A DNA stretch of 64,000 bases from Amoebophrya sp. A120 (taxonomy: Eukaryota; Protista; Dinoflagellata): assembly GCA_905178155.1 (NCBI GenBank), contig CAJINV010000001.1, forward strand, positions 7,671,429-7,735,428. Reading direction: 5' to 3'. Shown here piece after piece: positions 22,725 to 32,800 of this stretch; the first letter of the stretch is position 1, and each line of letters opens with the position of its first letter. The notes below the pieces were generated by a model. That model saw only the letters and a list, made by a program, of their open reading frames with translations. It made no database searches and had not been told where the DNA came from. The translations under genes were made by a program, and so were the position numbers.

Positions 22725-25274
22725 TTGATGCAGTGTCACGAGAAAGTTAACATGTTGACAATGTCTTCTCCTAGCGAGCGCGATCGGGAACATCACGACC
22801 ATGCCGAGGTGGATGGCCCGCTTGTCCCTTCTGCAGAAGACAACACCTCCGCGGCTTTACACGCGAGTGTCGGTGAGAACCCCGTGGACGATGAATCGAA
22901 TTCTTCTTGGCGGTCGATCGGTGAAATTTGGGCCGCCGTGCTGCACGCGTTGAACCCGAAGAACTGCTTTCAAAAAGAGCCCGATCTTCCCAATGCAACT
23001 GCAGCTACCAGCGACTTGACCTCGCCGCTGATTGTGAACTGCAGACAACCAGCTCCAACACAGGAACCAGTTCCCGTACCATCGAGCGCCAAGCTTCAGT
23101 TTGACGAGCCTGCTGCTGTCGGACAAGTACAAGCCGCGCAGAAGAAACAAGATTCTCATGCTCAGACGGAGAAATCGCTTCCGCACGATGATGTAGTTGA
23201 GGGCAGTGACAAGCAGGCCCTTCACAATACGATCGCTGCACAGTCCCTTGTTAGCGCACAGGTGCCATCCATTGCGAGCAAGACAGACAGTGCCAGTGGC
23301 TGCGACAAGATCGGAAATGAAAGCTCATCGTCATCTTCCACGCTCGCGGACGCCTTGACTTCTCCTAGCGGGGTGAATAAGACACAGTCCCGACGAGATC
23401 GAACAGAAGCCATCATCGAAAAACTCAAGAAAAACTACCACGAAACAAAACTCGCTAACCGCATTCTTCTTCCCGGTGCGTCCACAACAAAGGACGAGCT
23501 GCTTGCCTTCTGGAAGAATGTTTTTGACGAAGCGACTTCTGCAGCACGTGAAATCGAGAACTTGTACAAGGATGCGGAGGAAAGGTGGAAAGCATTATCG
23601 GAAGAACGCCGGGCGGACTTGCAGCGACAAGAGGAGTTCGACTACACAACGCCGGTTACCACCGATGTTGAAACAAATAGCACGGCTTGCACGACCGCAT
23701 CCGAAAAAGATGAAGAAGCGGAGAAAATTAAGTCTAGCATCAATGACCGGCTTCTCACTGAACGCGCGGCATTTCGCCGGCAATTAGTAGTTTTTTTGAC
23801 GACGGAAGTGACGCAAGGCCCGTGGACGATTGAAATGCGCACGGCAGACGGCAGAGAGTTAGGAACATTATTTGACCATGGTGACGGTCAACATAAATTC
23901 TTGCAGTCTGACCCGCTTGCACCCAAACCAAAAACAAAACTGACTTGCCGGTCTGTTTTTTTGCCTTCGTCTCGCGAGGTCAGGTTCAGCCTAGGTCTGG
24001 ACTATGCGGACCGCCACACGGAAACGGTTGAAGAGACGATCGCCCGAGTTGCTGAGCGTGATGCCGCGCGTTTGGCGCAACGACTCGCGAAGGAACTCCA
24101 AAAAGCCCTCCTCTTGCCGACCAGTGTCGTCCAACCTGTATCGCTGTGCTCGTTCTCCGGGGTATTTGGTACCCCCGACGTATTTCGACGCTTCGACGGG
24201 GCCGACTTTTCATCGGGACTGTTTTCGCTCCGTCTTCCAGAGGGACTGTTTGCGCTCCGTCTCGGAACAGCTGAGAGCACATTGATGAAATGCGAACTAG
24301 AAATGGAGGAGACGAACAAAGTGAGCGGCGACGCAACGATCTACAAAGCGCACAGCCAGTGCTTCCCCGTCGTGGTCGTGGGTACCCGCGAAGGCGATCG
24401 ATCAGCGATTCGCGTTCAGCTCGACTGGCACCGCGGTGTTCTGCAGCCGGAGCCTTCATCACACCTTGGTCCTGCAGAAGCTCAGTACGAGTTCGAGTGG
24501 AATCGACTGATACTAGGTAATGTAGGGACCGCCTGTGTGTTTACACAAGATGACATCACGCGCACCGGGAACCAAATCGAATTGAGGATTCCAGATAGTA
24601 ACTCTACTTTCGGTCCCGCGGAGCACAACTGCAACTCCGATCTTGTTGACTACCTAAACGAGCTTGCCGCGGCTTTGCCCTTTAAACGACGCTTCTCGTC
24701 CCTGCGCTTTACATTCCCAACTGCGGCCTGGGCGGAAAACTTCCTCGATCTTCTCCCCGTGAAAAATGCGGAGACCGTCCGGGGCGATGGAATCGGCATG
24801 GACGCTTCGTCTAGTACAATTTCGGAATGCCTTCGAACCCTCGTAGAAGAGCAACTGTCCGGCTTGATCAAAGACTGCATCGAAAACAGGCTGCCACCAC
24901 ATCCATGGGTGTATGCTCACGCACAATCGCCAGGATACCTACTCTTTGAAACGGACACTGCAGCGGGCATGTCGCCACAGATACTTTGGTGCGGACAAAA
25001 TCGGGGTTTTTACGAATGGCGCCTCTTACTTGCTGCCATCCTCGTTGCGCGCAATAAACATGCGACCTCTGTTCGCGATCACGATAGCAACAACTCGACA
25101 CCGAGCAACAATAACCGAGAAAACTCCTCTTCATCCCCCCATACCTCCGAGCACTCTGCTGGCAGCTCTCCGACGAAATCCGACCGCTCCGGTAGAGATG
25201 GAACAGAAGAGGAGGACAAGACAATTCGGCTTACACTGTATGCCAACAATCCGGAGGAAGAGGAAGAAGAGTAA
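22725..25274 (+). CDS. Hypothetical protein, tandem paralog copy 2
   Basis: 849-aa ORF, paralog of 19167..21749 (shared VFLTTEVxQGPWTIEM, TQDDITRTGNQIELRIP and acidic C-terminus). Confidence 0.75.
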   Translation: MMQCHEKVNMLTMSSPSERDREHHDHAEVDGPLVPSAEDNTSAALHASVGENPVDDESNSSWRSIGEIWAAVLHALNPKNCFQKEPDLPNATAATSDLTSPLIVNCRQPAPTQEPVPVPSSAKLQFDEPAAVGQVQAAQKKQDSHAQTEKSLPHDDVVEGSDKQALHNTIAAQSLVSAQVPSIASKTDSASGCDKIGNESSSSSSTLADALTSPSGVNKTQSRRDRTEAIIEKLKKNYHETKLANRILLPGASTTKDELLAFWKNVFDEATSAAREIENLYKDAEERWKALSEERRADLQRQEEFDYTTPVTTDVETNSTACTTASEKDEEAEKIKSSINDRLLTERAAFRRQLVVFLTTEVTQGPWTIEMRTADGRELGTLFDHGDGQHKFLQSDPLAPKPKTKLTCRSVFLPSSREVRFSLGLDYADRHTETVEETIARVAERDAARLAQRLAKELQKALLLPTSVVQPVSLCSFSGVFGTPDVFRRFDGADFSSGLFSLRLPEGLFALRLGTAESTLMKCELEMEETNKVSGDATIYKAHSQCFPVVVVGTREGDRSAIRVQLDWHRGVLQPEPSSHLGPAEAQYEFEWNRLILGNVGTACVFTQDDITRTGNQIELRIPDSNSTFGPAEHNCNSDLVDYLNELAAALPFKRRFSSLRFTFPTAAWAENFLDLLPVKNAETVRGDGIGMDASSSTISECLRTLVEEQLSGLIKDCIENRLPPHPWVYAHAQSPGYLLFETDTAAGMSPQILWCGQNRGFYEWRLLLAAILVARNKHATSVRDHDSNNSTPSNNNRENSSSSPHTSEHSAGSSPTKSDRSGRDGTEEEDKTIRLTLYANNPEEEEEE

Positions 25275-26976
25275 GGACGATCTCTTTTGCGCTCTTGCAA
25301 CGATTTCCAGATATTGTAACACACCGGAAATCGTATAAGCATAGAAACTTTTTCTGAACGAACTCGAACATAAAAAGTGAAGTTAGTGCATATGCATAGC
25401 GTAAAGTTTCAAAATGTGCATAGAAATGGGTCTAACGAAGAAGCAAAAGAATATAGACAAACATTAAATATTGAGTTCACGTCAATCATGTAACCCCTGT
25501 ACCATAGCTGTTGAATGTCTCATCCCCATGTGAAAATATAAATTATGGGCACACAGAAAAAACAAAATGCGAATGGCCGATGATAATTTTAAGGATGGAC
25601 GAGAAGATACATGGACTTTGTGTTCCTCTGGTCCGTGATAGGAACATCGATGTCACCATCCATCCCGGATCATACGACATAATTATTCAGGGGGTTTCGG
25701 ATATGATTCTCATTGATATCAAACATATCGAAATCCATTCATTCTGTGAGAAGAAGAACCAGAAAATGATGATAAATGAAATATTTTCGAATTTATTTCG
25801 ATTTTCCTATTAATACCAAAAAAGAATCTGATTCTCAAAATTTCATATGATTTCATATGATATTGATTTATGAAAATGGAAAAAAATATTGGAAACATGA
25901 TGGATCCAAGATTTTCGAAAAAATTGTAATTCTGATTTCCAAAAAATTTTCGAAAATGATTGATATACCCAAAATTTTTTGAATATTTATTTCAGATTCA
26001 TGAAAGAATTCCATCATGGATATGATAATTTCGATCAAAAAAAAATGGGATAGAGAAAATGAAAAAATTCAATGTATCCCCATGGAATCGGAATCGATGG
26101 AATATAAATATATTAATCAAAATCATCCAGAATCATCCATCGACATAGTTGGGGTTCCGGGCGCTCCGCCATATTGTTGTGGGTGGGATTCTGTTGGCAA
26201 CAGACGGAAGCTTTTCGCAGAAGACGAAGTGGGGCGCCGCGGCTACCGTGGTTATTTCCCTGCAACAAACCCGTTGCTGCGCGTACAGACGGGCGCGAAC
26301 AAGTAGCGCGTACGCCATGGAGCGCATGGGATTCGAGCGGGGACTCACGGACCTGTTGCACTCCCGCTGGGGGGGCACCGAGCGCAAGCAAAAAGAGGTG
26401 CTCGTCCTCGTCGACAGCCTGGGTCTTGTGGAGCGCTTGGAAAAGCTCCTCAGTACAGTTTTAGATGGGGTGGGGCAGGATGTGCGCTTGGCGGAACTCG
26501 TAGGACAGGTCGCGAGCACCTACAAGAGCGTCACAATCGCTTACATACCGGCGCACTGCTCTAACGACGCCAACGAACTCGCGGATGCCATCTGCGGCGC
26601 AGCGGCAGAAGGCCTGCCACGGGAGGACGAACTGCAGCTGCTCGACCCTCCTTGCCACGAAGAAGTGAAGGAGGCAGTAGTGGCACAGCTCGAGGCGGAG
26701 GAGCGGGAGGCCATTGCCCGCCTCGCCCAGGAGGGGTCAAGGTCGGGGGAAATCATCCTCGACCTGAACCTCACGCGCAAAAAGGTGAGAGACATTTATA
26801 GGGCGGCCAGGGGGGAAGGGAGATGGTTACAAAAAACCCTTGGCGACATAGCAGGGGCCACAAGATTCAAGACATTGCAGGCGGGCGGGATTACGACCAA
26901 ACTCTGCCCGAGGTGCAAAGATGATTGAAGTGGACTCATGGACCCACGTACGCCTATGCCACGAGTACAGGGACAT

Positions 26977-27738
26977 CAACGGGATCGGCCCCCAGTAGTC
27001 AGAAAAGCAAAAAAATCACAAAAGCCGGAAAATTTTCGCGCTTTTAAGTTTTCGCAGGGTTTTCGCAGTTCTTGCAGCCGCTCGCTGGTGCGTTTTCTTT
27101 TTCTGGTTGTGTGTCTTGGGTTTGTGGGTTGGGCGGGAAACGCAGGCTTGGGCGCAAGGGATTGGAGTGGGTCCGGCAGAGGGAGCCCATGTTGCCGGTG
27201 TGTGTTTCGGGATGGGAGAGGGATTTTGGGTGGGAAAGTTTTGGGTGGGCGAGTGGCCAATTAATTCTTCGACAAAAAATCGCCTTTGTTGCGACAAAAA
27301 ATCTGAAATAATTAAAAAAAATCGGCTTTCGGCCGTGGTTTTTTTTTTCTTAGGGATTTCAGGAAGAAGCCGAAAAATGTCGCACCCGTGTCGCACCGGT
27401 GTCGCACCCGTGTCGCACTCATGTCGCAAAGAAAGCAATTTTTTGGCGCAAATTTATTCGGTGTTTTTCTGTTTTTTCGGTGAAGTTGTGTTTGCCCGAA
27501 CAAAAGTTGCGTGCTCGATTTCATGTGGCGCAGTTCTTCGAAAACCCCGGAGCCCACAGGTCCGCAGCCTGTTGACAAAGCCCCGGCGTTATTTTAGGGC
27601 CTACAGATTTCCTATCGAGCGAGCCCCGGCGGAGTGGTTTGGCACAATAGGGTGGCAGTGAAAAAATTTTTTTTTTCGTTTTTCTTTTGGGATTCATGAT
27701 TTTTTTATTTCCGGGCCCATTGGGGTCCGATCCCGTTG
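26977..27738. mobile_element. hAT-like MITE (762 bp) inserted in the LINE ORF
   Basis: TIR caacgggatcggcccca / tggggtccgatcccgttg with CA...TG ends. 8-bp TSD agggacat (26969-26976, 27739-27746). Removal restores CHEYRDITGLQDAEDIFDFLR. Confidence 0.9.
27378..27428. repeat. 11-bp tandem repeat (tgtcgcacccg x ~4.6) inside the MITE
   Basis: Read directly from the sequence. Confidence 0.9.
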
Positions 27739-29819
27739 AGGGACATCACCGGCCTCCAAGACGCGGAAGACATATTTGACTTCCTGCGAACGGTGAGGGA
27801 CGCGGAGGTAGCAAGCGAGAATTCCGAGTCAGACCCGGGCATTTCGGGGTCAGAGGGCGAGGACGAAGAGGGACAAGCACCACAGCAGACACAAACATGA
27901 AGCAGAGCCCACGAGGGCCAACACGCGCCAGCCAGCCACGGAAACCGCCCGTGCAAATCGCGAAGCGAGGCGCGGCAGATCTGGGGTAACGGGGATCGAC
28001 CGATCGGTAGCCGGTTTGCTTGGCGGTTTTGGCGCCATGCGCGACCGTTTTCTACCATACAGTCGGGGGAACGAAAGGGCCAAGTACTACCGTTAGTGTA
28101 CTACTTTCTTGACTATGCGCCGGATACGAAAAACCACTATTCACACTGGCCACCTAACCAAGGTGCCTGGAGATCGCAAATGCCGCGCCATCCCACCCAT
28201 AGGCCGGCCAAGGTGCCTTGATCCAGAGAGGCATCTTGAAAGACTCTACCAAGTTTTGTTTGCAAGGTCCGTATAAAAATAACGATCTCCGCGAAGGGGA
28301 TGCCGACGGCGACAGGGGCGCAAGTGTTCTAAATGACGATCCTAACCCGCAGTGCATATCCATGCACAATAGATCCACAATCTCGTAGTTCGTCGTCGGA
28401 AGGTTCGTCCATTTACTTGTGCCTCGTGTGCATTCATTGTCGTTGCCCGATGTGGAGCTCGTCAAAACGCCGTACCAGCGGCGCAGGGGGTGCTGCGGCC
28501 ACTCGCCGCGGAACCCCGGGAACCGCCGGCCGAAACCGCGGACCGGAGCCCACGACGGTAGGACAGGACACGGCACTACCGTGTCGTCCTGCACCCCCCC
28601 CCACAGAGTCAGGTCCCATACCGGTGATCCTGGGGTGGCAACTGGGGAAACACCTGCGGGTACGAGAGGACAGACGACAACCACACCACAGCTTCCCTTA
28701 ACCTAGAGTAGTAGATCCATCGACATATATGCCGGAGAATTGAATCTTGTTCATTCTTCCTCTATTCATGAAAAAAAATGATATCCCTATGGATATGCAT
28801 ATGATAATTGGATTCGATATGATAATTAATTTTTCTTGAATCAAAAAAAAACCCAACTACATGAAACATCGATGAATCCCAAAAGCATACCTATAAATCC
28901 GAAGAATTCGATATTTTCTTTCTTTCTTTCTTGTCATGTCTGGGCATGACTCAAATTATCTCATAGGCCCGGTCCGAAATTATCTTTCTTCATTCTCATC
29001 TTCTCATCATTCTCTCAAAGATGGATTGATGAAGAAATGAAAAAATGATATTCGAAAAATAAAGATCATCAGGTTCTGGATCGAGAATCACAAATTCGAT
29101 ATTTTATTGCAACAATGGATTCACTCATATTTTTCCGAATCAAACAATTATTTTTTTGGATGGTTTTCACCTTTCGAGAGAATTGGATGATGATGAGATC
29201 GAAGACAGAATAAGAATTTCGGATTGGACCAAAACGACAATGAATTTGAATTATGCACAGACATGGAAAAAAAGATGATTTTCAAAATCTCATTTGAATT
29301 CAATGAAAATTTTTCCTCAAAAATTTTTCATTTCTTTCGTTCTTTCTCATCCTGTCTGGATATGATTGAAATTGTGAAATCGAGAATGAAATTTTCATGA
29401 TCCTGCATTTTTGATACCTTTGACCTAAAAAAAAAATATTAAAACAAGAAAATCTCCATCCTCATGAATAGAATCATACTTCATCAAAAATTTAAGAGAA
29501 TAGATGAAAAAAAATAGTTCGTGTGATAGGTTCAAGATTCTTTCTTTCTCTCGTGCCTGGGCATGTTGTCAAAGGTTCAAGGTCCGAATTGGTCCGTCAC
29601 ATTCTCTTGTTTCATATTCCTACGCTCAACATTCCATATAATTTGTTGTTCCAATTTCCAGATGTGTGTTATATCTCTCTGTTGATATCATCCAAACAAT
29701 TGTTTCGTTTTCTTTCATCTTCCTCTTCTTGTTCTTGTGTTTTGATCCATGAAATCATACCAGAAAAATTCGTCCTGACATACCATGGGTATAGAGTACT
29801 TATTCAATTTCTTGTCGAT

Positions 29820-32800
29820 TCATTCCACCGACCTCTCAGCGACCTTGAGTGTGTCAAGAATCTCGGCCCAGATTTGATCGTCCGGTTTCGCAGTTGTCGC
29901 GACGCCGAGGGATTTCAAGAAAAATCGTGGTTTCATGTTGGTGGTTTGCTTTTGTGGTTTGTCGCTTGCCAAACCCGGAAGCAATTTGCACAAAAGCACC
30001 ACAACTTTTTTCCCCCGCGCCAAAATTTCCGCCCTCTCTTGCGCCTGGTCGCGTGCCGTCCAGGCCCGGTGTACCACGTCCAGAAATTGAAACAGAATAC
30101 TCCGCTCCGCATAGCGCTGCCTCGTTTCCTCAAAATCATTCACGGCCTTTGTAGATTTTCTCTCATCCTTGAGCCGCATCTCGGCGCCGGGAATGGTGCC
30201 GTCGCAGAACCCCAGCGGATCGTGAAACCAGTACGGCAGAAATGGTGCTTTGAGTAGTTTCTCCTTGTCCGTGTGAGGTAGATTTTTTGTAGTTTCGATT
30301 TCCGCATTGCGCGCGAATTCGAGCAGGTCATGCGCCACCAGAAACCACTCCCTTTCCAACAGCAGGTCCAGCAGAGATTGTTCGACAACCACAGGTCGTG
30401 ATCTTGACCCTGAAGCCTTTTCTTCCTGTGCTTTTTTGTTCCGGTTTTTCTCGTTCCCCAAAGTAGCCGCGGTGCTTTTTCTACCATCGACACTTGTTGC
30501 ATTTTTCTCTCTTTGTTCTGCATGCAGTACTTCGTTCGTCACGAAGCGGGCGGAGCCGAAGTCCTCGGCCTGAACCAATGCCTTCGTAAGGAATTCCTTT
30601 CGCAGCAGTGCCCGTGCTCTTCCCTCGTTGTCCGCTGGAATCCGTTATCAAAATGAAAAATCCCCCCTCCCCATATCAAAACGGAAATTTGTGATGCTGA
30701 TTTGTGGCCACAAATCAGCTTTGTATTGCAGAGAGGCACTGCGGCCAGATCCCCAGGCTAGGCAGGGGCGTATGGGTCTCTAGTAGGCCAGCATGGCAAA
30801 CGACCCCCCTTTAGGCCCAACAGCATGAAAAACCGCTTCCATAATGGGGCGGAAGCTTCTGCCCTTGTCTTCTTGCAAGACGCAACGCAAGTTTTTGAAT
30901 ATATACCTTTTCAATATGGGGAGGGGGGATTTTTCCTCTCAATATCCTTCGCAACTGCGCTAAAGCTGCTCGCCGGTCGCAACCGGCATGCTTACCGGCT
31001 TGGTTCAAACCTTTACAGAGGGCTTTATAACAGAGAATGCGTTTCGGCTCGTCCTTCCTTGCTGCGAGTCCAAGCCCGAAGCAGAGGTCATCCGGTATTT
31101 CATCAGACAGACCAGACGTCTGGTGCGCAGCGTGAGTATCCCTACCCTGTGCGACGAGTTTTTGCTTTGATAAATCCTCTTCCATTGTAGCAGTAGTTCC
31201 TGAAGAAGATGTTGGCTCTGGAAGTACCTTGCGGTCCGAAGACGTTGACAGGCGGGAAACCCTGTGGAGGTCGCCGACAGGATTCTCTTTTTCCACCCCG
31301 GCGTCTCGTCTGTCCTTTCCCACAACCAGCCCCGCAAGAATTGCGGATGTGAGCGCCTTCGTACGCCTCGCGGTCAGAATCTTGTGTCGCTTGCGGATGG
31401 CGGCGTGCAAGGTCTGCAACGCGGTGTCGTTGCGGCACCGCAACAACTTCGGCCTGCACTTTGTCGTGTCTCCGGGCCGCACGGGAATCAACACATATGG
31501 GTCCTTATCAATTGCAAAAGTGTCTGGGGGTGGAAGATTCTGACACTTGTCATGCACGGTTTGCATGAGCCCTGATGTCTGTGATGCATGCCCTAGCATC
31601 GCAGATTTTTTGAGAGCTTCTTGATGCCTATCCCGCATGACAAATGCCCTCTCCATGTAGCAAAAATTAAATTCCTTTTGGTACTCATGCAATACAGATT
31701 CTTCTGGAATCCAAATGCAGCATCACAAGTTGCATTCTTCCAGACCCAGACATTTTTACATTTGATAGTCCTCGACGGCGCAGGAGTGGTGGGAATCGCC
31801 TCCGATGGTGGACTATCAAATGCAAAAATGTCTGGGTCTGGAAGAGTCCGAGTTTGTCATGCACATTTTGCATGACCCGTGAGGTCTGTGATGCAGGTCC
31901 TAGCATCACAGAGTCTTTGAGGGCTTCTTGATGCTTATCACGCATGAGAAATGCCCTCTCCGCGTGCCAAGAACTGGACTCCTCTTGCTGCTCATGCAAC
32001 ACAGATACTTTTAGAATCCGTAGACAGCATTACAAGTTCCACCCTTCCAGACCCAGACATATTTGCATTGGATATGGACAGCCCGCCCTGGTGCACGGAA
32101 AAGTGCTGCACAGATGTTTGCGTGGACTCCTGGCAGCGGCAGTTCCAGAACGCGAAAAAGTTGTACTCCAGCTCTAGCAAAGATGCGTCCAACAGCTCCC
32201 GGCTCGAGAAAACCTCGTCCGGGTCGAGCGGCAGATCAACTTCGTCGGAGCAGGCCAGACTTGTCTGCGTGTGACCACCGACCGCGTTCGTTTTCGCAGT
32301 GGCTGTGCTCGACGTCAATTTGTTCCTGGCCGCCGAGGTCGTGCACGACGTCGAAGAAGAACTAGAACTAGCTGTACCCATGCGGTCGTACAACGAGGTT
32401 GCCTCGCTGCTGTTCATCTCCAGAGCGTCAGCGTCAACTTCGATCTGCAAACTGTCCTGTGCGTGCAACAGGCTTAACGAGGATCCAACTGACGCTGCAC
32501 TCCCATTATGCGGCGCAGGCAGTGACGTGGAGAAAGACATGCGGCCGTCTGCAGCGCCGAGGACGTTGTCACTGGAGGTCCTCAACTCTGGCGAAGAATT
32601 CGACTGGAGATTTCGTGCAGAATGGCCCGCTTTATTCGGCAGGACGAGATCTTCATGATCCGTTGAACACATGGATCGCTTGTCGCCGTAGGCGACATAG
32701 ACTCGATTCAAGAACTGCACCGCTTTGCAGTAGTGCTTGTCCGCCATGCTTAACTCGCGCCAGGCCCATTTTTCGCCGATCCGCGCGCACGTCAGGGCGT

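Larger units (their letters stand above)
26148..28714 (+). mobile_element. 5'-truncated non-LTR retrotransposon (I/Ingi/Tad-like group) with RNase H and CCHC finger
   Basis: 13-bp TSD atccatcgacata (26135-26147, 28715-28727) and 3' tail tagagtagtag. RNase H DEDD residues are present (ATDGS, AME, LVDS, IPAHCSNDANELAD). CPRC...WTHVRLC appears after a +1 frameshift at ~26918, and the ORF ends IFDFLRTV...TGA at 27900. Confidence 0.88.
25514..29810. other. AT-rich compositional island (25514-26147 plus 28715-29810) hosting nested TEs
   Basis: Abrupt switch to AT-rich, GA/TC/AT-dominated sequence on both sides of the LINE; homology with the duplicated unit stops at ~25513. Confidence 0.55.

Noticed and set aside
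26149-26928. Cellular RNase HI gene
   Set aside because: It lacks a proper start, is followed by a CCHC finger and tail, and is bracketed by a 13-bp TSD, so it is a LINE fragment.
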